Assembly (NCBI GenBank): GCA_963728565.1
Contig: CAVSLC010000014.1
Coordinates: 64,001-128,000, forward strand
Direction: 5' to 3'
Length of the DNA: 64,000 bases
From: an uncultured delta proteobacterium
GTDB lineage: Bacteria > Desulfobacterota > Binatia > UBA9968
Shown: piece after piece, positions 51,833 to 61,532 of the stretch
How the letters are laid out: each line of letters opens with the position of its first letter
Numbering within the stretch: position 1 is the stretch's first letter
Translations under genes and position numbers: made by a program
Notes under the pieces: generated by a model
The model's database searches: none
What the model was told of the DNA's origin: nothing
The model's input: only the letters and a program-made list of their open reading frames with translations

Positions 51833-52804
51833 ATGAGATTGAGTCGATTCGCGGACATTCTTTTCGCAATAGTTTTGCTCGCCGTGGCGGCGCAAGAAAG
51901 CAGCGCGCAGGATCGTATCAGCCTCGGGATCACGACCAAGACCGGCAGCACAGGCCTGCCGTTCGTAATCGCGGAAGAGAAAGGATTCTTCAAAAGCGAG
52001 GGCCTGAACGCGGTTTCGGTTGTGATGCAGAATCAGGTCGTGGTCAACGGCGTTGTCGCTCGACAGGTCGATTATGGCGGGACCTTTTCGAATTTCGTTG
52101 GAGCGGCTCTTTCGGGCCTTCCCGTGCGCATCGTTATGGCGGTGATGGATGGCTCGGACCATTACCTGGTGACGAGCCCGAACATAAAAAGGGTTGAGGA
52201 CCTCAAAGGCAAGAAATTCGGCATCAGCAGTTTCGGCGGCACTCCGCACAGCGAAGCAGTCATGATTCTGCGGAAATTCGGCATGAATCCGGAAAAGGAT
52301 GTTACGTTTCTCCAGATCGGCGGCAGTTCTTCCCGTTATGCGGCTTTGGACAGCGGCTCCATCGACGCCGCTATGCTTGTGCCGCCTTTCAACAAGCTGG
52401 CTGCGAAAAGAGGATTCAACGAGATTCTTTCTTTTAATGAGATTATGAGCATCCCACTGGGTGGCCTGACCGTTCATACCCAGAGAATGAAAGAAAAACC
52501 CGATGAAATCGTCAGGATGATCAAGGCCATGCTGAAAGGGGTTAGTTATATTCGAAATAACCAAGCCGAGATTCTTGCAATTATGGCAAGCAAATGGGGT
52601 ATCAAAGAGGCTGACGTGCGTGAGGGCATTTACCGCGATATCGTCGGGATCTACACTCGAAACGGCGTCGCCTCCGATGAGACAATGAAGAACGTTATTC
52701 AACTGGTGCGCGACACGCGAAAGTCCAAGGATGATTTGGGTTTATCCGACGTCGTCGACTGGAGCTTTGCAAGAAAAGCACAAGCGGAATTGAAGATTCG
52801 CTGA
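51833..52804 (+). CDS. NMT1/SsuA-type substrate-binding protein
   Basis: Signal peptide, IAEEKGFFKSEGL, DLKGKKFGI, VVDWSF. Confidence 0.9.
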   Translation: MRLSRFADILFAIVLLAVAAQESSAQDRISLGITTKTGSTGLPFVIAEEKGFFKSEGLNAVSVVMQNQVVVNGVVARQVDYGGTFSNFVGAALSGLPVRIVMAVMDGSDHYLVTSPNIKRVEDLKGKKFGISSFGGTPHSEAVMILRKFGMNPEKDVTFLQIGGSSSRYAALDSGSIDAAMLVPPFNKLAAKRGFNEILSFNEIMSIPLGGLTVHTQRMKEKPDEIVRMIKAMLKGVSYIRNNQAEILAIMASKWGIKEADVREGIYRDIVGIYTRNGVASDETMKNVIQLVRDTRKSKDDLGLSDVVDWSFARKAQAELKIR

Positions 52805-52816
52805 CCTACTGTTGCG

Positions 52817-52915
52817 GTTCAAGTCGTTCAAATGGTTCAAGCCCTTCAAGTCCAATTCAGATGATTCGCGGATCCGGACGGTTTGAACTGCTTCAACGAC
52901 TTGAACCTTTTGAAC
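52817..52915. repeat. Inverted pair of 9-bp tandem arrays (4x GTTCAAnnn ... 4x TTGAACnnn)
   Basis: gttcaa at 52817, 52826, 52835, cttcaa at 52844; ttgaac at 52883, ttcaac at 52892, ttgaac at 52901, 52910. Confidence 0.85.
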
Positions 52916-52925
52916 CAGCCGTGCG

Positions 52926-53942
52926 CTAGCCGCCCAGCTTCTTGAAAAATCCCTCTTTTTCAAGTTCATCGAGCAGCGAATGATCGATGAACTCCTCCGC
53001 CGTTCGGTTTTTCAATTCTGGATTATGTTCGGCATAGAATCTGATCGTATCCCGCACACCGGTTAAGTCGACCCGCGGCGGCAGTGAAAAACGCGGCGCG
53101 AAATAATTATAGGTCGAGTGGAGCGTTTCCGCGTCATCAATGCGCATGCGTTTGGCAAACACCTTCAAGGTTCTCTCCCGGTCATTCTTCATCGCGTAGA
53201 CGGCTTCCGAGTAGGCCCGCACGAAACGCTTCACCCGATCGCGGTCTTCCCGAAGAAAACTGCCTTTGACGTAGAGAGAGGACTGCGTGAAGTTAGCGCT
53301 CATCTCGCCCATATCGGCTAATATCCGATAGCCCGCCTGAACCGCCTTGGTCAAATGCGGCGGTGAAAGTATCGTCGCGTCGGTTCGGCCGGTCATGAGG
53401 GATAAGAGCCGGGTCGGCGCATCGCCGCCGATCATGACTTGAACATCCGGCAGCTTCAAACCCCATTCCTTCAGCGCCAGCTGAAGGGCAAGATCGTTGG
53501 AACCGCCGAAGTTGAGGATGTTAACTCTCTTGCCGCGCAAATCCTTGGGTGTGCGAATCTCGGGTTTTACGATGAAGGCGTAAGGAAATTTGTTGTACGA
53601 AGCGGCGATGACTTTTAGGTCCGCGCCCCGAGCCGCGGCTACGATCGGACCGGTGGCCGAGCCTGTGGCAAACTGGGTGCTGCCGCCCAGCAGCGCCGCC
53701 ACCGACCGAGCACTGCCGTTGATCATGATTACATCGACATCCAGGCCGTGCTTATCGAATATCTTTAGATCCTTTGCCACCCACACAGTGCTTTGAAAAC
53801 CGGAGAGCCCGCCATAGTCGGCGACGAGCTTCTCCGCTGCTTGCGGGCTGCTGATCAGCATCGACACGAGCGTCAACGCTGAAACAAAGATCGAAGAGAG
53901 CTTCATCTTAACTCCTTCCGGTGGAAGACTTCGACTGAGCAC
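52926..53942 (-). CDS. NMT1/SsuA-type substrate-binding protein (likely start near 53906)
   Basis: Signal peptide, VWVAKDLKIFDKHGL, NFGGSNDLA, FIDHSLLDELEKEGFFKKL. Confidence 0.9.
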   Translation of the reverse strand: MLSRSLPPEGVKMKLSSIFVSALTLVSMLISSPQAAEKLVADYGGLSGFQSTVWVAKDLKIFDKHGLDVDVIMINGSARSVAALLGGSTQFATGSATGPIVAAARGADLKVIAASYNKFPYAFIVKPEIRTPKDLRGKRVNILNFGGSNDLALQLALKEWGLKLPDVQVMIGGDAPTRLLSLMTGRTDATILSPPHLTKAVQAGYRILADMGEMSANFTQSSLYVKGSFLREDRDRVKRFVRAYSEAVYAMKNDRERTLKVFAKRMRIDDAETLHSTYNYFAPRFSLPPRVDLTGVRDTIRFYAEHNPELKNRTAEEFIDHSLLDELEKEGFFKKLGG

Positions 53943-53984
53943 AGGCTTTGCGGTTCGAATAATGAAAGTGGGTCGGCTCTGGCG

Positions 53985-55121
53985 TCAGTTCAGTCTCGGC
54001 ATGATTTCTTTCTTGAACAGATTGAGAGAAGAAATGACTTTCTCATGAGCGAGGTTACCGATGTGGAACATGCCCATGAAGTGATCCGCGCCGATTTGCT
54101 TCATCTGATCCTGAATCTGGCGCGCAACGCTGTCGGGGTCGCCGGCGATCATATAACCACTCTTTATCAAATCGTCCCAGCCAAGCGTTGAAAAATCGAT
54201 CCGTGAACGATTGCCTTCGCGGAAGTAGTTGAAAGAGCGTTCGCTGGTGAGCTTGGCCAGGAGTTTCTGTTGATCCGCCGCTGCTTGGTTAATGGCATCG
54301 TTAAAGCCCCGATTGTAGACGGAGAAAAAATACCGCATTGCCGGCTCGGCGATCTCTTGAGCTTTCTTGTTCGAATCGTCGATATAGATGTGACGGCATA
54401 GAATAAAATCGTCCGGCTGGGCTTCCCATCCATCCTCCTTCGCCTTGCTACGGTAGTAGTTGAAGGTATCTTCGATCTGACCCGTGGTTTGGTATACCTG
54501 GGCGCACGGCAGGTGCCGCTTAACGCACCATTCGATGGACTCGGCGCTGCGCGCCGCAATCCAAATGGGCGGATGGGGTTGTTGGACCGGGCGTGGCCAG
54601 ATGGCGCAATCTTTGAGCTTGTAAAATTCTCCGTCGAAGCTCCAGACCGAATTGGTCCATGCGGTCATGATCAGATCATAAGCTTCTTGAAATCGCCCGC
54701 GAGATTCTTCCGGGTTTACTCCGTACCATACATACTCCGCGGGAATGCCGCGCACGAATCCAGCGATCAACCGGCCCTTCGAAAGGCAGTCGATCATCGC
54801 GTATTCTTCGGCAACGCGCACCGGGTGATCGCGCAGCGGAAGAATATTTCCGAGCACGCCGATTTTGATCTTCTTGGTTCTCTGGCTCAAGGCCGCGGCG
54901 ATAAGATTTGGCGACGGCATGGTGCCGTAGGAACTATAGTGATGCTCATTGAAAACAACGCCGTCCAGGCCAAGCTCTTCACAGTAGGTCATCTCGTCTA
55001 GATGTTCGGCATAGTTGGCCGCACCTTTTATCGGATCGAAAAAACTGCTTGGCACCGGCGTGCGCGGAGCGTCTTTGGGAACGTGGGGATAAGCGAGGAG
55101 ATCGAAATTATATAGCTTCAC
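53985..55121 (-). CDS. LLM-class flavin-dependent oxidoreductase (luciferase-like)
   Basis: FNEHH, PSPN, HPVRVAEEYAMID..SKGR, WPRPVQQPHPPIW, GDPDSV. Confidence 0.93.
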   Translation of the reverse strand: MKLYNFDLLAYPHVPKDAPRTPVPSSFFDPIKGAANYAEHLDEMTYCEELGLDGVVFNEHHYSSYGTMPSPNLIAAALSQRTKKIKIGVLGNILPLRDHPVRVAEEYAMIDCLSKGRLIAGFVRGIPAEYVWYGVNPEESRGRFQEAYDLIMTAWTNSVWSFDGEFYKLKDCAIWPRPVQQPHPPIWIAARSAESIEWCVKRHLPCAQVYQTTGQIEDTFNYYRSKAKEDGWEAQPDDFILCRHIYIDDSNKKAQEIAEPAMRYFFSVYNRGFNDAINQAAADQQKLLAKLTSERSFNYFREGNRSRIDFSTLGWDDLIKSGYMIAGDPDSVARQIQDQMKQIGADHFMGMFHIGNLAHEKVISSLNLFKKEIMPRLN

Positions 55122-55151
55122 GTCTTCATTTCTCCTTAGGGCAACTCTCGG

Positions 55152-55180
55152 ATGCTAACACTGCACTCCAGGAGCGTCAA
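55152..55180 (-). promoter_or_regulatory. Sigma70-type promoter candidate for the LLM gene
   Basis: TTGACG-N17-TAGCAT. Confidence 0.55.
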
Positions 55181-55184
55181 ATCG

Positions 55185-55309
55185 ACAGGCTCCTGAAAAA
55201 GCCTCACCTGCTTCGTTGGGTTCGTTCGCGTCGCTTCAACGTACTGAAGCGTACGCCTCAGCTCGTCGGACTGCGCGCGCCTTGCCTTTGAGTCTTTTGA
55301 GCAGCCTGT
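55185..55309. mobile_element. MITE-like element, copy 2 (125 bp)
   Basis: Terminal inverted repeats ACAGGCTcCTgAAAA / TTTTGAGCAGCCTGT (13/15); no coding capacity. Confidence 0.75.
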
Positions 55310-55359
55310 GAGTCGAGTCTTTGATACGCGGATAAAGATTTATTAAACGGGAACCCTGG

Positions 55360-56355
55360 TTATTTAACGTAGCCTTCTTTGACCAGCTGATCGACAATGC
55401 TGGTATCGATAAAGGAGGCCGGATCTGCATTTGCCGCTTTCGGAGTATTCTTTTTGATGGCTTCCAATGTGGTGCGAATCGTTTCGATCTTCGGACGAGG
55501 GCTGACATCGACCCAGTTTCTATACATGTTGTAAGCGTATTCGGTTTCTTCGCGGCTGCGGCCCAAATAGGGCGCCATGTAACTGATGGTTTTTTCTTTC
55601 TGTTCGAAAAAAAACCTCATCGCCTCAGTCGTGGCTCTCATGAAGCGCACAACGTTGTCGCGGTTGCTCTTCAAATACGAGCGTGGCAGGAGCTCCCCGT
55701 TCTGTTGCCAGGGGATGCCCAATGCCGGTAGCGCGAGCAGCATTTCATAACCGCGCTTTTCGGCGATGAGATCGAAGGGCGGGGCGAAGATGCCGAACTG
55801 CACATCGCCCGTTTCCATCGCCGCAAGAATACTCGCGGGGTCGGCGCTGGAGTGCTGAACCAGCTTTACATCCTTTTCCGGATCGATCTTCAATCGGTTC
55901 AACGCAAATCTCAGAGCGGTGTCGGGGATGGTACCGAAAGGCGCGCCGACATGGCCGGTCTTGCCTTTCAGATCGGCGATTTTCTTAATGTCTTTCTGCG
56001 CCATGATCTTATACGGAAAAACATTGACCCATGAGCCGACCAGCACGAACGGCGGCGCGCCTTCCAGTGTCGCCGTGACAAAAGCCGCCGCGCCTGCTCC
56101 GGTTGCCATCTGCATGCTCCCGCCGAGCATTGCCTGAACCGCGGCTGTAGTATTGGTCTTAACGATGCTGACATCGAGCCCGTGCTTTTTGTAGAGGTTT
56201 TCTCTCTCGGCGATGACGAAAAGGCCGGCGCCCGGATTGACGCCCGCCTGGCCGGCATTCATTTTCGCTCCCTGAGCCAAGCCCTGCGAAATCCCAAATG
56301 TCAGGATCAAGAGAGTCAGCGTCAACGTTTGTAATGAAATCCTAGCTGCATTCAT
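55360..56355 (-). CDS. NMT1/SsuA-type substrate-binding protein
   Basis: Signal peptide, IAERENLYKKHGL, DLKGK, FIDTSIVDQLVKEGY. Confidence 0.9.
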   Translation of the reverse strand: MNAARISLQTLTLTLLILTFGISQGLAQGAKMNAGQAGVNPGAGLFVIAERENLYKKHGLDVSIVKTNTTAAVQAMLGGSMQMATGAGAAAFVTATLEGAPPFVLVGSWVNVFPYKIMAQKDIKKIADLKGKTGHVGAPFGTIPDTALRFALNRLKIDPEKDVKLVQHSSADPASILAAMETGDVQFGIFAPPFDLIAEKRGYEMLLALPALGIPWQQNGELLPRSYLKSNRDNVVRFMRATTEAMRFFFEQKEKTISYMAPYLGRSREETEYAYNMYRNWVDVSPRPKIETIRTTLEAIKKNTPKAANADPASFIDTSIVDQLVKEGYVK

Positions 56356-56391
56356 CGATTTCCTCCTGCGTTCAATCCACTAGCACGCTGC

Positions 56392-57210
56392 TTACTTTTG
56401 CGGCTTCCACTTTTCCAGACGCTGCTCGAGCGCTTTGAGCAGCTCGTTCAAAGTCGCGCCGAGAACCGCGATAATAACGATGGGAACGAACATCGCCGAC
56501 ATCTGAAAACGTTGCGCCGCCACTGAGCTTAGATAGCCGAGACCGGTTGCCGCGCCGTATTGCTCGGCGACGACGATGTAGACCAATGCCCGGCCCAGGG
56601 CCACGCGCATGCCGGCGACAATGTAAGGAAGCGATCCGGGAACCGAGACTTTGAGAAAGATGGTGCTGTCCTTGGCGCCGAAGGCACGTGCCATTGTAAT
56701 CAGACGATGGTCCGTGTTGGCGATGCCCACCATGGTATTGATCAGGATCGGAAACACTGCGGCAAGGATCGTCATGATGATTTTCGATATCGGGCCCAGA
56801 CCGAAAACCATGATGATCAGGGGCAGCAAGGCAATCAGCGGAGTGGCGTAAATACCCGAGAGCAGCGGATCGAAAGCCTTGCTGAGGTTGCGATACCAGC
56901 CCATTGGAACTCCGATGACAACACCGAGTATCACCGAAATCACAAAGCCGATGGAAAAATTGGTCAGGCTGAACCGCATGTGCTCCCAGATCGAGCCGTT
57001 GGCGAAAAGCTCGTAGCCTTTGGCGAGAATCTGCGAAAATGGCGGAAAATAAAACGGATTGAGAATGTGCGTGCGGGTTGCGATTTCCCAGGCTAGAAAA
57101 AATATCAGGATGCCGATGATCCCGAGCCAGTTGGATGCAACCTCACGCAAGCGCGCCAGCCACAAGTTCGAGCTCGGCGGATGCGCCTCATCGATGGGCA
57201 CGACTTTCAA
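56392..57210 (-). CDS. SsuC/TauC-type ABC transporter permease (an out-of-frame ATG at 57259 may be the real start)
   Basis: FPPFS, PLIALLPL, FPILINT, MARAFGA, LPYIVAGMR, VVAE..GLGY. Confidence 0.9.
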   Translation of the reverse strand: MKVVPIDEAHPPSSNLWLARLREVASNWLGIIGILIFFLAWEIATRTHILNPFYFPPFSQILAKGYELFANGSIWEHMRFSLTNFSIGFVISVILGVVIGVPMGWYRNLSKAFDPLLSGIYATPLIALLPLIIMVFGLGPISKIIMTILAAVFPILINTMVGIANTDHRLITMARAFGAKDSTIFLKVSVPGSLPYIVAGMRVALGRALVYIVVAEQYGAATGLGYLSSVAAQRFQMSAMFVPIVIIAVLGATLNELLKALEQRLEKWKPQK

Positions 57211-57270
57211 CGACTCTTGTTGCTGCTTGGACGTGGGCGGCTCCGGTGTTCGTGGTCATCGAATCTATTG

Positions 57271-58677
57271 TCATGAATAGCCGGTGTCAAGCATAAGCGC
57301 GTCCTGGATCAGCTTGATCATGACGAATGCGTCTTGCAAATGGCGCCGCTCCAAAGTCGATAGCTCGGCTAGGACGATCGCATGATCCAGGGGCTGTTTA
57401 TGACGATAAGCAGTGAGTTGCCGGCGCAGCCGCAGGTGCAGGAGAAAAGAAAAAATCTCGCTCAGCGTATGAGCGGTTTCGTTATTGAGGAGCGAACCCG
57501 ACGCGCCGGCCGCTTCTAATCTTGCGAGCGTGGAGCGCTCATGTGAACCGGCGCATAGCGCAGCGGCGCGCGCCAAAGCTACGATGGGCCCGATGCCGCC
57601 TTTTTTCAGATCCACTTTGCCGTTATCGGCGCGAATCCTTTTGAAGAAGCCCAGCGGCGGCCGAAATCCAAGGGCTCCGCGAATCATGTGCCATAAGAAA
57701 AGCTTTTCACGGCGCGCGCCCGCAAGAGTTTCTTCCAAAGGTATCAAAGAGAGATCACCGACTACGGAGCGGAAGTCGAAGAAGATCGCGCTCTCTAACA
57801 GCGCTTGCGGCTCGGGCGTCTGTATATGGCGGATAAAAAGCGCTTGCCACTCGTTTAACGGCTTGCACCAATTGGTTGCCATGTAGCCGCCGGCGCAAGG
57901 CGGAAAGCCGACTTGGATCAGCGCCTCCACAAGATAATTCGCCAAGGCTGCGAAATAAGTTTGCGTCGCTGCAGATTCGCTTTCATAGACCAACGCATTG
58001 TCCTGGTCGGTCAGTAAGGCTTGTTCCAATCGTCCCTCAGAGCCGAAGACGATCCATGCAAATGGCGCCGGTGGCGCGCCGAGACTCTGTTCGCCAAGAT
58101 AGACCAACCGCCTTACCAGAGCATCATTGAGGCTGGAAACGATCCGGCCGATCTCAGTGGCCGACACACCGCCGCTGAAAAGTTTTTCGACCAACGCTGC
58201 AATCTCGCCCGCATAATTACCCAGTGCCGACGGTTCCTGGATTTGATCCAAGGTGCGCCGGAGGTACAGCGGATTGTTGATCTGGTGACGCAGAAGATCG
58301 GTGCCGCTGATAACGCCGATAATCGATGCCGCATCGACGACGGCCAAGTGGTGAATGTTATTCTCGAGCATGAGTTGTAAAGCGGCAAAGATCGGCGCGC
58401 TGGCATCGATTGTCTTCACCGGCCGTGACATCACTTGACTGACACGCGCCTCCGGCCCGAGCCCTGCCGCCAATACGCGGCCGCGGAGATCGCGATCGGT
58501 GATAATCCCGGGCAAATCGCCTGCGATCAATACCGAGCCGATTCCGGCTTGTTGCATCGTCGAGGCCGCCGCGGCCACGGACGCATCGGCATCGATGAAG
58601 ACCGGCGCGCGCTTAATCAGATGCTTGACCGGCAGATTTAAATTATACGCGGACTCGGTGAGGAGAGAGGCGGACAT
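57271..58677 (-). CDS. CBS-pair + DUF294 nucleotidyltransferase-like protein
   Basis: GIITDRDLR, IHHL; GSEGRLEQ..TDQDNAL, C.GG.MA, IFFDFR, DLKKGG. Confidence 0.9.
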   Translation of the reverse strand: MSASLLTESAYNLNLPVKHLIKRAPVFIDADASVAAAASTMQQAGIGSVLIAGDLPGIITDRDLRGRVLAAGLGPEARVSQVMSRPVKTIDASAPIFAALQLMLENNIHHLAVVDAASIIGVISGTDLLRHQINNPLYLRRTLDQIQEPSALGNYAGEIAALVEKLFSGGVSATEIGRIVSSLNDALVRRLVYLGEQSLGAPPAPFAWIVFGSEGRLEQALLTDQDNALVYESESAATQTYFAALANYLVEALIQVGFPPCAGGYMATNWCKPLNEWQALFIRHIQTPEPQALLESAIFFDFRSVVGDLSLIPLEETLAGARREKLFLWHMIRGALGFRPPLGFFKRIRADNGKVDLKKGGIGPIVALARAAALCAGSHERSTLARLEAAGASGSLLNNETAHTLSEIFSFLLHLRLRRQLTAYRHKQPLDHAIVLAELSTLERRHLQDAFVMIKLIQDALMLDTGYS

Positions 58678-58686
58678 TCGATCGGC

Positions 58687-58983
58687 TTAAAGCGACTGTG
58701 GCGATGAACCGGATAGCACTCGGCTCAGCGCCACGGCAACCAGCCACAGCACGCCGTAGAACATCAAGGCTATCCATCGCAATCGCTGTTCAGGCACATC
58801 GCCCGAACGCCAAACTCTGACGGGTCGAGTAAGCGGCCCGGTCAATACCGAGAAGAACCAAAGAACTTTGTGTTCGGGTCTTTTGATGATCCGTGACACC
58901 AGGATATGCAGCATCAGATAGAATACGGCTATGAAACAGATAAAGCGCAGGAGGACGACCAGCTGCAAGACAAATCCATTCAT
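58687..58983 (-). CDS. Small membrane protein, YggT-like
   Basis: Hydrophobic helices flanking FFSVLTGPLTRPVR; tightly spaced within the operon. Confidence 0.65.
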   Translation of the reverse strand: MNGFVLQLVVLLRFICFIAVFYLMLHILVSRIIKRPEHKVLWFFSVLTGPLTRPVRVWRSGDVPEQRLRWIALMFYGVLWLVAVALSRVLSGSSPQSL

Positions 58984-59026
58984 AAAAAGTCCACGCGAGG
59001 CGCCTCCCCCTCGCGTCGACACAACT

Positions 59027-60961
59027 TTAGCGCGCGCCGATCGGTACCCCGCGGCCTAATGGATCGGATGTTATAGCCTGTCCGGATTTTGGATAACGAA
59101 CGCTCGCCACTAGATCCTGAACCGGCTTGGGTGGCGCCTCGGTTAAGAGCGACACGATCCAGATCGTCAGGAAACCAACCGGCAATCCAAAAACCGCCGA
59201 GGCAATAGTCTGAGTGCCAAACCATGAAACGCCGTAGAAGCGGCTGCCGATCATATAATACGCGGTCACCGCGAGACCCGCGAGCATGCCGGCGCAAGCC
59301 CCGGCCTTATTGGCGCGCCGCCACCAGATGCCCATGACCAGAGCAGGAAAGAAGGACGCGCCCGCCAAACTGAAAGCCCATGCGACCAACTCCACTATGA
59401 TGGCGACCCGGAAAGTTGATACCCAAGCCGCTACCAGCGCGGTTATTACCAGCAAAATCTTGGTGATCGTGAGTCGTTTGGTCAGCGACGCTTTGGGATC
59501 GATGACGTTATAGTAGAGATCGTGTGAGAAGGCGTTGGCAATGGTCAATAACAAGCCGTCCGCCGTAGACAATGCCGCGGCCAGGCCGCCGGCCATCACC
59601 AGGCCGGTGATGACAAACGGCAGGCCGGCGACCTCCGGCATCGACAGGACGACGAAGTCGGTGGATTTGACCACGAAGTCCGCCCACTGAACGATGCCGT
59701 CGCCGTTTTTATCGATGACCTCGAAAAGACCGGCGGGCTGCCAAAGCGTTACCCAACGCGGCAACTCGGCAATTTGCGTTCCGACCAGCCTCGCGTAGAT
59801 GACAAACCGGGCGAAAGCCGCATAGGCCGGCGCAGTGAAATAGAGCAGGAAAATAAAGAACAGCGACCACGCCACCGATGTCCGCGCCTGGCGCACCGAC
59901 GGCGTTGTGTAATACCGAGTAAGAATATGGGGCAGGCCCGCTGTGCCTACCATCAGGCAAAAGGTCAACGCCAGAAAATTCCACATGCCGACGCCGCTCG
60001 GTACCGTGAGGTAACGTCCCACTGTGGCGTCGTCACTGGCGGCGGGGGCTGTGGCTTGCTGCGTAGCAATTTTTGCAGCTGCCCTGAGTTTTTCCGCAGT
60101 CGCTTCATCGACTGCGCCCGCCTTGAGCTTGGCGTTGGCCTGCTCCGCCTCCTTTGCCCACAGCGCCCGGGTCTCCTTCTCTCTGGCATCGCGGGTGATC
60201 TCGATGGCTTTGGCGTTATTGGTCTGGAGCACGCGGCCATAGGTGATTTCGGGAATCGGTATCGCAAACAGTTGATAGGAAAGATACACAACGGGAACCA
60301 GATAGGAGACAATCAAGATGATGTACTGCGCCACCTGGGTCCAAGTCACCGACTTCATGCCTCCCAGCACCGAGCAGAAGAGTACGCCGATCAGACCGAC
60401 GAAGACGCCAATATTGAAATCCAAGCCGATAAAGCGCGAGACAATCAGGCCGACGCCGGTCACCTGGGCAATCAGGTAGGTGAACGAGCAGGCGATCGCG
60501 GCGACGACGCCGATGATCCTGGCGAAATTGCCGCCGTAACGCGCGCCGAGAAAATCCGGAATGGTATAGGCGCCGAACTGGCGCAGGTAAGGGCCGAGAA
60601 AGACAGCGAGTAACAGATAACCGCCGGTCCAACCCATGACGTAAGCGAGACCGGCGAAGCCTTGAGCGGAAAGCGCCCCGGCCATTGAGATAAACGAAGC
60701 GGCTGACATCCAATCGGAACCGGTGGCCATGCCGTTGAAGACGGCGGGAACGCCCCGTCCAGCGACATAGTATTGGTCAGGGTTGGAGGTGCGGGTGACG
60801 ATGCCGATAACAATATAGATACCCAGCGACAAGCCCATAAAGATCCAACCGATCCAATTGGGCGGCAAACCAAATAATTGTTCGGCAATGCCGATCATAA
60901 TGGTTACGCCAATAAATCCGATGGTGTAATAAGTGAAGATTTTTGCCAGGCTCATGGTCAA
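59027..60961 (-). CDS. Sodium:solute symporter, VC_2705/ActP-like subfamily
   Basis: YYVAGRGVP, DWMSAASF, TWTQVAQY, GTAGLPH, DKNGDG, AAALST. Confidence 0.93.
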   Translation of the reverse strand: MTMSLAKIFTYYTIGFIGVTIMIGIAEQLFGLPPNWIGWIFMGLSLGIYIVIGIVTRTSNPDQYYVAGRGVPAVFNGMATGSDWMSAASFISMAGALSAQGFAGLAYVMGWTGGYLLLAVFLGPYLRQFGAYTIPDFLGARYGGNFARIIGVVAAIACSFTYLIAQVTGVGLIVSRFIGLDFNIGVFVGLIGVLFCSVLGGMKSVTWTQVAQYIILIVSYLVPVVYLSYQLFAIPIPEITYGRVLQTNNAKAIEITRDAREKETRALWAKEAEQANAKLKAGAVDEATAEKLRAAAKIATQQATAPAASDDATVGRYLTVPSGVGMWNFLALTFCLMVGTAGLPHILTRYYTTPSVRQARTSVAWSLFFIFLLYFTAPAYAAFARFVIYARLVGTQIAELPRWVTLWQPAGLFEVIDKNGDGIVQWADFVVKSTDFVVLSMPEVAGLPFVITGLVMAGGLAAALSTADGLLLTIANAFSHDLYYNVIDPKASLTKRLTITKILLVITALVAAWVSTFRVAIIVELVAWAFSLAGASFFPALVMGIWWRRANKAGACAGMLAGLAVTAYYMIGSRFYGVSWFGTQTIASAVFGLPVGFLTIWIVSLLTEAPPKPVQDLVASVRYPKSGQAITSDPLGRGVPIGAR

Positions 60962-61233
60962 TCTCCCTCCAGGATGCCGTACTCTCTGTCCAGTTTGTTC
61001 ATCAGATAGGCATACACCGCGATTTCAATGACGAAGATCGCAAGCGATCCCTGCGCAGCCATGTAGTAGCCGAGTGGGAATCCGAGGAAAGAGAACTGAT
61101 TAAGCCAACCCGCCCAGAGCCCGGAGATAAGGTAGGTTACAACGAACCAAATGACCAGGAGAATGGTGGTGAGCGTGATGTTGTAACGCCAATACGACTT
61201 TCGTTGCTCCTCTGTGAGATCGGCCATGAGCAC
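60958..61233 (-). CDS. DUF4212 small symporter subunit
   Basis: YWRYN, GFPLGYYMAAQGS, MNKLDREYG. Confidence 0.9.
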   Translation of the reverse strand: MLMADLTEEQRKSYWRYNITLTTILLVIWFVVTYLISGLWAGWLNQFSFLGFPLGYYMAAQGSLAIFVIEIAVYAYLMNKLDREYGILEGD

Positions 61234-61532
61234 CTCCTCGATGCTAATCGTTTCCTGTCACCTTGAAGCCAAACCGGTCATAGCGGCAGATGTAAGTCTA
61301 TCAAAGCGTGCGCCTGCACCGGGCCATCACACTTCGGGGCGGGAATAATCACTGCGCCACAGCTTTAGAGATGGCCATGCGAAACGCAGCAACCGGACTC
61401 TGGCACGGCTTGTAGCAAACGCTGCAATGATGTGTCAAATGAATATTTGTAAAAGCACCGGCAAGTATCTGTGAATGACGCGCCTTACTTTCCAACCAGA
61501 TTCATCAGTTCTCGCGAAGGAGTAAGAGATCA

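Noticed and set aside
61401-61417. TGGCACG as a sigma54 promoter
   Set aside because: GG-to-GC spacing is 11 rather than 10 and there is no TTGC
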